DNA of 64,000 nucleotides, from positions 136-64,135 of the forward strand of contig CAZSAK010000017.1 in assembly GCA_964605155.1 (NCBI GenBank), written 5' to 3'. Source of the DNA: an uncultured Chromatiaceae bacterium. Its GTDB lineage: Bacteria > Pseudomonadota > Gammaproteobacteria > SZUA-140. Numbering within the stretch: the stretch's first letter is position 1; the number at the start of each line of letters is the position of its first letter. The notes below the pieces were generated by a model. It was not told the origin of the DNA. It searched no databases and worked only from the letters and a program-made list of their open reading frames with translations. Positions 34,654 through 44,499 of the stretch are shown piece after piece. The translations under genes and the position numbers were made by a program.

Positions 34654-34690
34654 ATTGATTGTTGGTATTATGATCATAGCCTGATCCTAT
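34654..34690 (-). promoter_or_regulatory. OxyR-type binding site upstream of dps
   Basis: Minus strand ATAG-N7-CTAT-N7-ATAC-N7-CAAT versus consensus ATAG-N7-CTAT-N7-ATAG-N7-CTAT. Confidence 0.75.
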
Positions 34691-34795
34691 CAGAAAGCAT
34701 ATTAGCAGCCTGATATCAGCTGGATGATCCGATGGTACCTCGTCATGATAACACCCGTTATCATGGACTTTCTTACTGACCGGACTTGAAGGACA

Positions 34796-35047
34796 TTAGC
34801 CCTCCCAGAAAACCCGCGGCGCGGCATCACGCGTGGAATTCCGCGACAGGGCATCGATCCGGGCCTGCTGGCTTTCGATGGTTGACTGCTGTTCACGGAC
34901 AACACGGTTGAGTGACTCGAGATCGAGCACGTTTTCTTGCGTGGCCTCTACTTCCTGCCCGACGGCAGCAGGATGAGCGCAAAAATACAACGTGATACTG
35001 AATAAAACCGTGGCCCAACGGTGGGCAATAGACATGTATAACCCCAT
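34796..35047 (-). pseudogene. Probable N-terminal remnant of an exported/outer-membrane protein (signal peptide plus coiled coil), or a small exported protein
   Basis: Signal-peptide-like segment then LESLNRVVREQQSTIESQQARIDAL heptads, stop after 83 aa. Confidence 0.4.
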
Positions 35048-35149
35048 GCAATAAGCAGCTGTTTACAAACACTGGCTGGCTGCCTTTGCCTGGAGGCATG
35101 GGTGGCTGGCTGGTAAAGGTATCAGCCGCAGCTGCTACCCGATGTATAT

Positions 35150-35332
35150 TTATTTAGTCAGAATCAATTTTTCTTTACTGGTAATTCGCAAGCGATAATC
35201 CTGTTCGGCATGTTCGAAAATCAATTCCGAACAACCCCTCAACAGGTCATTGATCGAGATGCGATTAAACCTGTTTTTAAGGCCAGTACCCTGATCGTTG
35301 AACTCGACCAAACTGCGTTTTTCCTTTGTCAT
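35150..35332 (-). CDS. hemP: Hemin uptake protein HemP
   Basis: DLL.G..EL.FEH....YRLRITSKEKLILTK signature; ATG at 35332 preferred. Confidence 0.9.
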   Translation of the reverse strand: MTKEKRSLVEFNDQGTGLKNRFNRISINDLLRGCSELIFEHAEQDYRLRITSKEKLILTK

Positions 35333-35367
35333 CGCCTGTTTCCTTATGGTGCGATCATGCACGACCG

Positions 35368-35832
35368 TTACGATTTTGAAAATGGCGTGATATCGCCCGG
35401 CTTACGCAACATCTTGTCGACCTCACTCTGATGCATTTCCTCTTCTGTGATCAGGCGGCGGGCATAGTCTTCCAGCAACACGGAACGTTCCTGTACCAGG
35501 CTGAGCAATTCCCTGTAGGATCCCAGCGCGATCTGTTCCTGTTCCAGGGATTCGCGCAGGATATCGCCGATGTCATGTTTATGGGTTTCCAGCAACGGGC
35601 CGATTGCTAAAGAGGGATGACCGCCCAGGCTGGTAATCAGCTCTCCAGCCTCCTGGGCATGCAGCAAACCCTCATTTGCCTGTTCGCGAAGCCATGAAGT
35701 GATAGGTATCCGGTTATAACCGAATACCATGAATGCATAATGGGTATAGCGCACGACCCCGGCCAGTTCCAGCTCGAGAATCTTGTTGAGTACCTCAATG
35801 ACCTTGTCTTTATCCAGCGCATCTTGATTCAT
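35368..35832 (-). CDS. Ferritin-like protein (atypical bacterioferritin)
   Basis: LNKILELE, E...HA, LGGHP, LE.E, EEEMH di-iron helices; lacks the EEMxH haem-ligand motif in helix B. Confidence 0.85.
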   Translation of the reverse strand: MNQDALDKDKVIEVLNKILELELAGVVRYTHYAFMVFGYNRIPITSWLREQANEGLLHAQEAGELITSLGGHPSLAIGPLLETHKHDIGDILRESLEQEQIALGSYRELLSLVQERSVLLEDYARRLITEEEMHQSEVDKMLRKPGDITPFSKS

Positions 35833-35863
35833 ATTGAACCTCCCCCTTGGATTAAATCCTCTG

Positions 35864-36187
35864 TTAAATCCTCTTCACCAGATCAATCGGCACGACATCA
35901 TCCTTGCCGACCTGCTGCAGGCAATGATCGCAAAAGACGCATCTGTCACCCAAAGTCTCGAGCCTGCTGTGATGAGCCTGGCTGATTTCGTCAGCGCATC
36001 CGATCAGAAAGAGCTCCCTTGCCAATTGTTGCATACCGGATCCCCCTGTGCGGGAGACTATCTGCCTGCAAGGCACGGTATCCAGTTTATCAAGTCGCCA
36101 TTGATGGACAACAAGGCCGGATTCTTCCCTCACCATGCCAAGGCGGGGTTCACCATGCGTCATCCACGCAGTGATCCAGAAACTCAT
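35864..36187 (-). CDS. Cys-rich hypothetical protein, first gene of Fur-boxed operon
   Basis: 107 aa ORF right downstream of promoter/Fur boxes, co-oriented with the ferritin gene; CxxCxxC near C-terminus. Confidence 0.65.
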   Translation of the reverse strand: MSFWITAWMTHGEPRLGMVREESGLVVHQWRLDKLDTVPCRQIVSRTGGSGMQQLARELFLIGCADEISQAHHSRLETLGDRCVFCDHCLQQVGKDDVVPIDLVKRI

Positions 36188-36244
36188 AACACTATATTTA
36201 TAAAAGACTTATTGACGCTTGGTAATCTTCCGCCTGTTTTCATG

Positions 36245-36297
36245 AATAATAACTATTCTCATTTATATTGTCAACAATAATGATAATTATTCTCATT
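36245..36297 (-). promoter_or_regulatory. Sigma70 promoter overlapped by two Fur boxes
   Basis: Minus strand TTGACA (36274-36269), 17 nt, TATTAT; AATAATGATAATTATTCTC at 36276-36294 matches GATAATGATAATCATTATC at 16/19; second box at 36245-36263. Confidence 0.85.
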
Positions 36298-36496
36298 TTA
36301 TATCAATTCAGTCTGTGATCGGCCCGGTCTCTTCCGGCAGGTTAAATCGTCGCAGCCGACCCTATAAAAACGTCCAGATGTATTTTTAGCCCGGCACCGC
36401 TCGGGAATGTACAGTGACATCCCGGTGCAGGATTCAACGATGGGACAAGCTGTCAGGACCAATGGTGGTCATGACAGGATAGCGCAACCGGATTAC

Positions 36497-36715
36497 CTAT
36501 TGTTCGGTGTGAGACTCTTGCTCAAAAGAATCAATTGTTGCCTCGGCCTGTAACCAGTCTTCCACCGGATCACCTCCCTGGAATCCGCGCTGTTCGGCGA
36601 TGAAATAGGCCGTCTCGGCGATCTTGTGATAACGGTCATCCTGGTCGAAGGATATATGTTCCTGTGATTGAACTGAATGGTGGTTGATATCAGATGATGC
36701 ATATTGCTGTTCCAT
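36497..36715 (-). CDS. DUF2934 family small protein
   Basis: IAETAYFIAEQRGFQGG...DWLQAE motif; AAGGAG RBS. Confidence 0.85.
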   Translation of the reverse strand: MEQQYASSDINHHSVQSQEHISFDQDDRYHKIAETAYFIAEQRGFQGGDPVEDWLQAEATIDSFEQESHTEQ

Positions 36716-36820
36716 GGTTACTTCTCCTTCTCAGGTTAGATCGCTTTTAGAAACACCTGAATAATAAGACAACCTTATTACAAAAAAGTTACATGAAAAT
36801 CCTGCGGGTGTGTCACTCCA

Positions 36821-37010
36821 TCAAGGCATACCACACGACCTTCGAAAATTCATAATAGAACTTCCGGCTGTCAGCCCACTCCTTTTTAAAAAACCCTTTG
36901 CGCGGTGCGTATGGTAATTGGAGGTGACAATAATGACCTTTCCATAGCCATGTTGCTGTATATAGGGCAGAAGTTTCCTGACCTCCTCTTTGGTCGAGTC
37001 GGCGTCATGA
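36821..37010 (-). pseudogene. YdcF/DUF218 family fragment
   Basis: STKEE...VIIVTSNYHTHRA matches the ST.E / VTS.YH..RA motifs; no N-terminal part or proper start, abuts cysS stop. Confidence 0.6.
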
Positions 37011-37037
37011 CCGGCAACCCAGGTCTCACCGTTGTCT

Positions 37038-38453
37038 TTACTTTTTACGCCAGATGGTCCCGCCGGGGCTGTCTTCGACAATATACCCCTGCGCCTGGAT
37101 TACATTGCGTAGTCGATCGGCCTCCGGCCAGTCCCTGTTTTGCCTTGCCTCATCCCGCCGTTTTGCGAGCAGGCTGATCTCATCGTCACCGCCTCCGGCC
37201 GTGGATATCTTCAGAAACCGCACAGGATCAAGTCTGCCTATTCCGAGGCCATCAGCCATCTGCCGGAGTGTTGCCGCATGCTGCAACGCCTGATCGTCAT
37301 TGCCTTTATCGAGTTCGCTGTTGATCCCGGTGGACAACCTGTCAAGTTCGGCCATGGCATCGGCGGTGTTGAAATCATCATCCATGGCCGCCTTGAATGC
37401 CTTGCTGAAAACGGATTTGTCATCCGCTACTGCATTACCGTGATCTCCAGCGCGGTGCAGCGCGCGATAGATACCGGCAAGCCTTTTTTCAGCGGCCTTG
37501 AGTTCATCGTATCCATAATTCAGCGGACTGCGATAATGACTTTGCAGGATAAAGAATCGGATGATCTCACCCGCCCGCTCCCTGTCGTCACTGTCGACCT
37601 TATCGATGATTTCGCGAACGGTGAAAAAATTGCCCAGTGACTTCGACATCTTCTCTTCATTGATACGGACAAAGCCGTTGTGCATCCACACGTTGACGAA
37701 TTTTTTCCCTGTGGCCGCCTCGGACTGGGCGATCTCGTTTTCATGGTGCGGAAACATCAGGTCCATGCCGCCGCCGTGAATATCGAAATGATCACCGAGG
37801 CAGTGGACAGACATCGCCGAACACTCGATATGCCATCCCGGCCGCCCCGGCCCCCAAGGAGAATCCCATTGAGGCTCACCCGGCTTGGCCGCCTTCCATA
37901 ATACGAAGTCGAGCGGGTCACGCTTCGCAGCATCGATCTCGACGCGCTCACCTGCACGCAGGTCTTCCATGCGCTTGCCGGACAGCATGCCGTAATCTTC
38001 AAAGCGGTTGACGGCGTAAAACACATCATGATTGTCGGCTTTATAGGCCGCTCCCTTGTCGATGAGTTTCTGTATCATGGTAATGATGTCAGCCATATAT
38101 TCAGTGGCGCGCGGTTCGGCGTTGGGGTGTAATGCGCCCAGCAAATCCGCATCCTCGTGCATGGCCTTGATGAACCTGGCGGTCAGATCCTGTATAGACG
38201 ATTTCTTTTCATGTGCACGGTTTATGATCTTGTCATCGATGTCGGTGATATTGCGTACATAATTGACATGCTGCCTGCCATAAACACTGCACAGATATCG
38301 GTATACGACATCGAATACCACCATGACCCGTGCATGCCCCAGATGACAGTAATCGTATACAGTCATGCCGCAGACATACATACGGACATTGGTGGGATCG
38401 ATCGGAGCAAAGGGCTGTTTGTCTCTGGTAAGACTGTTATAGATCTGTAACAT
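37038..38453 (-). CDS. cysS: Cysteine--tRNA ligase
   Basis: YVCGMTVYD, HLGH, GRPGWHIECSAM, KMSKS. Confidence 0.98.
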   Translation of the reverse strand: MLQIYNSLTRDKQPFAPIDPTNVRMYVCGMTVYDYCHLGHARVMVVFDVVYRYLCSVYGRQHVNYVRNITDIDDKIINRAHEKKSSIQDLTARFIKAMHEDADLLGALHPNAEPRATEYMADIITMIQKLIDKGAAYKADNHDVFYAVNRFEDYGMLSGKRMEDLRAGERVEIDAAKRDPLDFVLWKAAKPGEPQWDSPWGPGRPGWHIECSAMSVHCLGDHFDIHGGGMDLMFPHHENEIAQSEAATGKKFVNVWMHNGFVRINEEKMSKSLGNFFTVREIIDKVDSDDRERAGEIIRFFILQSHYRSPLNYGYDELKAAEKRLAGIYRALHRAGDHGNAVADDKSVFSKAFKAAMDDDFNTADAMAELDRLSTGINSELDKGNDDQALQHAATLRQMADGLGIGRLDPVRFLKISTAGGGDDEISLLAKRRDEARQNRDWPEADRLRNVIQAQGYIVEDSPGGTIWRKK

Positions 38454-38584
38454 GTTAGGTCATTCGTGCTGTTTTCTCGTTCTTTTCATGGTCCGGGTTC
38501 CACAATTGACCCAAACACCTTATCATTTGTCTGTATTTTAAGTATGATCGGATCAACGACAACAATATAAATGGATTATAGACA

Positions 38585-39199
38585 ATGAAACAACTGTTCC
38601 TCGCCGCCCTCTCCCCTTTTTTGATCATCCCGCTCAGTCAGGCAGGCGCCGCCTCCATGGACGATTCGCATCCGCGGGTCAGCATGATAACCAATTTCGG
38701 CGAGATTGTACTTGAACTCGACCGCGAAAAGGCACCGCAGACCGTCGATAATTTCATCAGGTATGTCAAGAATGATCTCTACAACGGCACGATCTTTCAT
38801 CGCGTCATAAAGGATTTCATGATACAGGGCGGAGGATATTCCGCAGATTTCATCAAAAAAACCACCTTCGCTCCAATCAAGAACGAAGCGGATAATGGCC
38901 TGAAAAATGATCGCGGCACCATTGCCATGGCCCGCACCTCTGATCCTCACTCGGCCACCTCTCAATTTTTTATCAACGTGGTAGACAACGATTTCCTGAA
39001 TTACAGCTCACCCACCACGCAGGGATGGGGTTACGCCGTATTCGGGAAAGTCATCAAGGGCATGGATGTAGTGGACAAGATCCGCAATGTTCGCACCGGC
39101 AGAGGCGGCCCCTTTCCGGGCGATGTACCCGCCAGTACGGTCCTGATTGAAACCGTTACCATGATCCCTGATGACAAAGAGCAACAAGAAGAAAAATAA
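38585..39199 (+). CDS. Cyclophilin-type peptidyl-prolyl isomerase with signal peptide (PpiA-like)
   Basis: [38 protein letters not shown]. Confidence 0.95.
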   Translation: MKQLFLAALSPFLIIPLSQAGAASMDDSHPRVSMITNFGEIVLELDREKAPQTVDNFIRYVKNDLYNGTIFHRVIKDFMIQGGGYSADFIKKTTFAPIKNEADNGLKNDRGTIAMARTSDPHSATSQFFINVVDNDFLNYSSPTTQGWGYAVFGKVIKGMDVVDKIRNVRTGRGGPFPGDVPASTVLIETVTMIPDDKEQQEEK

Positions 39200-39217
39200 T
39201 ACCCTTATGGCTTCATA

Positions 39218-39964
39218 ATGATCCTGTTCATCTCCGACCTGCACCTTTACAAGGAACGTCCGGAGATTACGGAATTGTTTCTGGAATTTCTGGAGCATCG
39301 TGCAGGTGAAGCAGAAGCACTTTATATCCTTGGCGATCTGTTCGAGGTGTGGATCGGCGACGATGCGGTCTCGAGCGAAAACAGGCGCATCATCACTGCT
39401 TTAAACAGGCTTTCAGACCGCGGTACCCGGGTGATGTTCATGCACGGCAACCGGGATTTTCTCATCGGAGAGGATTTTGCACGGATGTCTGGTTGCAGCC
39501 TTATCCCCGATTCCACGGTTATCAAGCTTAACGGCGAACCGACATTGCTGATGCACGGCGATACACTGTGTACCGATGATCTCGAATATCAGCAATTCCG
39601 TGCCAGGGTGCGTGACCCGCAAATCCAGCGTGACTTCCTGTCGCAACCCGTCGCAAAACGTTCGGATATCGTGGATCACTACCGTCAGGAAAGCCGGGAA
39701 CGTTCCCGACACAAATCGACGGAGATCATGGATGTCAACCAGGATGCCGTGATCAAGATCATGAAACAGTATCAGGTCAGACGTTTGATACATGGTCATA
39801 CCCACCGACCCGCGATCCATTCTCTCAAGATCGACGGACAGGATGCCGAACGGATCGTGCTCGGCGACTGGTATCATCAGGGCAGCGTGTTAACCGTGGA
39901 TGAAAGCGGCTTTCATCTGGAGGGATTCGACGGAACCAGTCTGCACGGCGCACATACCGGATGA
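39218..39964 (+). CDS. lpxH: UDP-2,3-diacylglucosamine hydrolase
   Basis: ISDLHL, GDLFEVWIGDD, GNRDF, HGD, HGHTHRP, LGDW. Confidence 0.96.
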   Translation: MILFISDLHLYKERPEITELFLEFLEHRAGEAEALYILGDLFEVWIGDDAVSSENRRIITALNRLSDRGTRVMFMHGNRDFLIGEDFARMSGCSLIPDSTVIKLNGEPTLLMHGDTLCTDDLEYQQFRARVRDPQIQRDFLSQPVAKRSDIVDHYRQESRERSRHKSTEIMDVNQDAVIKIMKQYQVRRLIHGHTHRPAIHSLKIDGQDAERIVLGDWYHQGSVLTVDESGFHLEGFDGTSLHGAHTG

Positions 39965-40698
39965 AGGGAAAGATTCATATCGGTACCTCGGGATGGCACT
40001 ACCCGCACTGGAAAAAACTCTTCTATCCGGAAGACGTGCCCAAAAAAGACTGGCTACACTTTTACGCGGACAGGCTGGACTGCGTTGAGATCAACAATAC
40101 CTTTTACAAACTCCCCGGGGCGGATACATTTTCCAACTGGTCCGAGCAAACGCCTGACGGTTTCATCTTTGCTGTCAAGGCCTCGCGTACTATCACTCAC
40201 CGCAAAAAGCTCAGCAACTGCCAGGACGCGATCGATACGTTCTTCGAGGTTGTCGACGGATTGGGCAACAAGCTTGGTCCCGTGCTGTTTCAGTTACCGC
40301 CACGCTGGCATTGTAATACACGACGACTGAATGAGTTTCTCACATTACTGCCCGAACATCATCGCTACACCTTCGAGTTCCGGGACCCCAGCTGGCATAA
40401 CGAGGAAACCTATTCCGTACTCAGGTATTTCAATGCCGCCTTTTGCACCTTTGAGCTGGGTGATATGAACACACCGCAAGTGTGCACCGCTGACTTCAAC
40501 TACATCCGACTGCATGGACCTGAAGGGCCATATACCGGCAATTATTCGTCCCGCCGCTTACGCAGATGGGCGGAAAAACTGTCGGGCTGGCAGGCGCAGG
40601 GACAGGATGTCTATCTATTTTTTGATAACGATGAATCGGCGTATGCCGTCAAGAACGCACTGCTGACAGACAAGCTGATAAAGGATCTCGATCGTTGA
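39961..40698 (+). CDS. DUF72 family protein
   Basis: IGTSGW.Y, VEINNTFY, LFQLPP, EFR..SW, Y.RLHG, FFDND. Confidence 0.92.
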   Translation: MKGKIHIGTSGWHYPHWKKLFYPEDVPKKDWLHFYADRLDCVEINNTFYKLPGADTFSNWSEQTPDGFIFAVKASRTITHRKKLSNCQDAIDTFFEVVDGLGNKLGPVLFQLPPRWHCNTRRLNEFLTLLPEHHRYTFEFRDPSWHNEETYSVLRYFNAAFCTFELGDMNTPQVCTADFNYIRLHGPEGPYTGNYSSRRLRRWAEKLSGWQAQGQDVYLFFDNDESAYAVKNALLTDKLIKDLDR

Positions 40699-40790
40699 TC
40701 CCCGGCAATGCGGTATATCACTGCAGAGGCGCCCCGCTGTGTTGTGCTTCACCAGATCGCATGATGCCTGTAGATATCCGCAACAGTGAT

Positions 40791-41753
40791 TTAATGTAAC
40801 GCACGCTTTGCCAACCACATCCCGGGGATCATAGGCATCCACAGGGTAAATCCTCGCAGCAACAAGGTAGCAGTAAGGGCCGCTTCCACAGGCACCCCCA
40901 TAACACCCAGCATACTGACGCAGGTAACTTCAAAAGTGCCGAGTCCCAGAGGAATCAGCCCGATGGTGGCGACCATGGATGCCACTACAAAACTTGGGAA
41001 AACCCCCCAGAATGAAGCCTGTATGCCAACCACCTGCAACATGACCCATAAGGTAGCCGCATCCAGCAAAAACACAAAGCCATGCAATAGTGAAGCGCTC
41101 ATGACCAATGCCGGCTTTCTCAATAATTCACTGGGTGCGTTTGCAATTGCACTTAGCAAATTACTCAACCCGGGTATTCTCATCAATAACGCCGGTAATT
41201 CCCTTTTCGCAAAACTACGCAACCACAGCGCTCCCGCAGGAATGCCGGCCGCAAAAAACGAGAATGCCAGCACGACAATCACTATCCAGGCATGAAGGGC
41301 ATGGTAGAAATACAGTAACAGCACGGAAAGCAATCCAGCGAACAGGTAGGCGCTGTAAAATGCCACCATACTTAATAACAGCGTAGCCATGCACAGGGAT
41401 GATGGAACCCCGCGACGATTCAATGCTGTGATGAAAAAGGCGATACCAGTCATCCCTCCAGTGGGCATCGCCTGATCGGAAAACAATTTCGCTACACCAA
41501 GCGGGACCAGCGACAGCAGTGGAAATTCCTCCCCAGCCTGTCTCAAGGCCAGATACCAGACAGCGGCAACACTGAAGTAGGTGGTGATCTGAAGCAATAA
41601 TGCGACAAACAACCACACCGGTTGAACCTGACGTACGAGGACAACAAATTGTTGCAGTTCGCCAATGTGGGTTACTACGAGTATCAACGCCGCCAACATC
41701 AGCAGGCCGATGAACCAACCGGAGTACTTGTGCCAGCCGGATTTCTTGTTCAT
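40791..41753 (-). CDS. Lysylphosphatidylglycerol synthase TM-domain / UPF0104 flippase-like membrane protein
   Basis: Multi-TM, PTGG, PLGLGTFE, LLLRGFTLW.P motifs. Confidence 0.8.
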   Translation of the reverse strand: MNKKSGWHKYSGWFIGLLMLAALILVVTHIGELQQFVVLVRQVQPVWLFVALLLQITTYFSVAAVWYLALRQAGEEFPLLSLVPLGVAKLFSDQAMPTGGMTGIAFFITALNRRGVPSSLCMATLLLSMVAFYSAYLFAGLLSVLLLYFYHALHAWIVIVVLAFSFFAAGIPAGALWLRSFAKRELPALLMRIPGLSNLLSAIANAPSELLRKPALVMSASLLHGFVFLLDAATLWVMLQVVGIQASFWGVFPSFVVASMVATIGLIPLGLGTFEVTCVSMLGVMGVPVEAALTATLLLRGFTLWMPMIPGMWLAKRALH

Positions 41754-42075
41754 CTGTTTATACAGGACACCTTCACGACACCCTGTACGAATACGCCTGA
41801 TGAATACGGATCCGCGTAATCGAGTTCGAGATCATGCAATTGGAACCCATTTCAATTCACGGCATTTATGCAAATAATTGTGGAATTACCCAATATATTT
41901 CACCCATATGAAATTGTTGAATATTTATTTTTAAACACGTATGCAACTTCGCGAATACTGCAATGTCTTATTTCTCGTCTGGCAACTAATGCCGGTTAAT
42001 GGGTAACCGACGCAATCAGACAAATATGAACTTTTGGCAGTGCAATTAAAACTGCCAAAAGGCAGGAGTAGTTAA

Positions 42076-42540
42076 ATGATCAACATTATCAATATCTCAA
42101 GTTACAAGGCAACCCGGATCAGAACCTTCTCAAGGATTGTGTACCTGGTGTCTGGACTGGGCATGGCAACCATGATCTCCGCCTATCCACCGCTAAAGCC
42201 TGAATGGATTGTGGTGGGCAGCATGCTGAGCATTGTATTAACGTTATTCGGGATAATCGGTTTATGGCCACGCATAAGAGTCACTATTTTCGGTCATATT
42301 CTCAACAACAGGATTGTGCATACTGTTGTCTTCTTTCTGGCAGGTATAACCGTCATCATGATGACCTATTTCAACCCGCCTGTCGCAGACGCATGGTACG
42401 CATTTTTCAGCCTTGTGGGTGCCTTAATGGTCTTTGACGCAATAGCGTCCACGGCCTATCGACTGAAATCGAAAACAATCCCCAGGAAAATAGCCCCTGC
42501 TATCTATCCTCTGCACAGCAGTCATAATAAAGCGGCCTAA
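42076..42540 (+). CDS. Hypothetical four-TM membrane protein
   Basis: AGGAG RBS, four hydrophobic segments in two similar halves, downstream terminator. Confidence 0.7.
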   Translation: MINIINISSYKATRIRTFSRIVYLVSGLGMATMISAYPPLKPEWIVVGSMLSIVLTLFGIIGLWPRIRVTIFGHILNNRIVHTVVFFLAGITVIMMTYFNPPVADAWYAFFSLVGALMVFDAIASTAYRLKSKTIPRKIAPAIYPLHSSHNKAA

Positions 42541-42572
42541 CGAAAACCAGACACATGATATCTGTGTGGATC

Positions 42573-42607
42573 AAGCCCCCGTTCACATCCTGGCCGGGGG
42601 GCTTTTT
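42573..42607 (+). terminator. Intrinsic terminator
   Basis: AAGCCCCCG...CGGGGGGCTT stem followed by a T run. Confidence 0.6.
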
Positions 42608-42773
42608 GCAGGATGTCATCATTACTGATATCGTCTATGGTTATCTGCTGTTATCGGGCAGGTATCATCTTGTAAATCAGGCGGGCGATAATTCGCTCGC
42701 CGGGATATGCTGACGTTTCACATTGCTGGATTGAATGGAAATAATGGCCTCATGAACAGGTCAAGGCACGTGA

Positions 42774-43919
42774 TTATCGCGCAGCACCTTGCGCCAGCGC
42801 CCGCTGCCGGCTCTGTTCCAGTTCGCCGGATTGTTTAGAACTGTCGTAACCGGGATCCGTCTCGGGCCAGCCCCGGGTGTGTTTGATAACCAGTTCTGTT
42901 AGTGCACGAATATGCTCGGGCCTGTCGTTCAATGCCGGGATATAGTGATAGCGCTGGCCGCCCGCGGAAAGAAATATATCCCTGTTCTGCATATCAAGTT
43001 CCTCGAGCGTCTCGAGACAATCCGCGGCGAATCCGGGACACACCACATCGACGCTTTTCACACCCGACTTCGCCCACGTGCGCAATGTCTGGTCACAGTA
43101 TGGCTTCAACCATTCCTGACGTCCGAAGCGCGACTGGAAAGCCGTTTCCCATTGCCCCTCCTGCAACTGTAACTGTTCGGCGACAAGTCGAGCGGTCGCC
43201 TGGCACTGGCAATAATACGGATCACCCGCCAGGTGCGTGCGTTTCGGCATGCCGTGGAAGGAAAACAGCATGCGTTCGGAACGTCCGCGTATCTCCCAGT
43301 ATTCACGTACACTCGTCGCTACGGCGTCGATATAACCCGGATCGTCATGGTAATGGGTAATCATGCGTAACTCCGGTATCCAGCGCCAGGTCTTCAACAC
43401 GTCGGAGACGGCATCGAATGTCGATGCCGTCGTGGCGGTGGAATACTGCGGATACAAAGGCAACAGGAGGATACGTTGCGCGTTCGCCTCGCGTAATTGA
43501 TTGAGCGCCGATTCGATAGAGGGATTGCCGTAACGCATGCCGAGCGCGACAACCACTGGCCCGTCTATTGATTGCCCCAGTTCAGCCTGTAAATTCTTCG
43601 CCTGTCGTTTGGAAATCGCCAGCAAGGGGGAACCTTCATCAGTCCAGATCTGCTGATATTTATGCGCCGAACTGCGTGACCTGAACGGCAGGATAATGCC
43701 GTTGAGGATCATCCACCACAGCCAGCGCGGTATCTCGATTACACGCGGGTCCGAGAGGAATTCACGCAGATACCTGCGCATGGCGGAAGGTATCGGGGCG
43801 TCCGGTGTTCCAAGGTTGTTTAGCAGGATCCCGGTAACCGGCATAGTGCCGTGCGTGTAGTCCTCGTTGCCCAGATAATTTGTCATGGTTTGCCTGAAGT
43901 ATCGTTGATCATTTTTCAT
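42774..43919 (-). CDS. hemH: Ferrochelatase
   Basis: NLGTP, FLSDPRVIE, PLYPQYS, SFHGMP, FQSRFG..EWLKP, DCLETLEE; start may be 43887. Confidence 0.97.
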   Translation of the reverse strand: MKNDQRYFRQTMTNYLGNEDYTHGTMPVTGILLNNLGTPDAPIPSAMRRYLREFLSDPRVIEIPRWLWWMILNGIILPFRSRSSAHKYQQIWTDEGSPLLAISKRQAKNLQAELGQSIDGPVVVALGMRYGNPSIESALNQLREANAQRILLLPLYPQYSTATTASTFDAVSDVLKTWRWIPELRMITHYHDDPGYIDAVATSVREYWEIRGRSERMLFSFHGMPKRTHLAGDPYYCQCQATARLVAEQLQLQEGQWETAFQSRFGRQEWLKPYCDQTLRTWAKSGVKSVDVVCPGFAADCLETLEELDMQNRDIFLSAGGQRYHYIPALNDRPEHIRALTELVIKHTRGWPETDPGYDSSKQSGELEQSRQRALAQGAAR

Positions 43920-44499
43920 TCAGTATACATGCGCCACAACAAAATAGCAGACGTCTGAATATCCTGTTACGATCGCGCTGCGAAATTATTACAAAACCGG
44001 ATATCCATTCCGGATACGACAACCGAATCTGCGTACAGACTGCTCAATGCTTTCGTTATACATTATCAAGGCGAACCGATCGCGACGATCGCCGCAAATG
44101 CTCAAAACCCGGCATCACAAAGCCACCGGGAATGCCTCATAGTGATTTTATCCCGTCAACACCGGTATTTCTAATGGACAGTAAAAAAAACGGAAACATA
44201 GCAGATTTTCACACTACCGACCTGCCTTTACGCGATCAGCAAAAAACCATGTGAGGTCCCGGGATTGTCGATGGACTCATGCCGGCCGGCCTTGAGGCCG
44301 GTGACAACAATAATATTATTGCGGACTTCAGTGATAGGGCAAACGGTAACGTGGCCCCGGCAGGATTCGCCAGATGGTGGATGGAACCTGTCGCGCGTAT
44401 CCCACGATTACGTCCGTTGACGTATCGCCGGCTTACGTCAGCGCCGGGCGGCTTATACAGGCGTATACGGCACCGCGGCGGCGGCAATGATCGTTCGTA

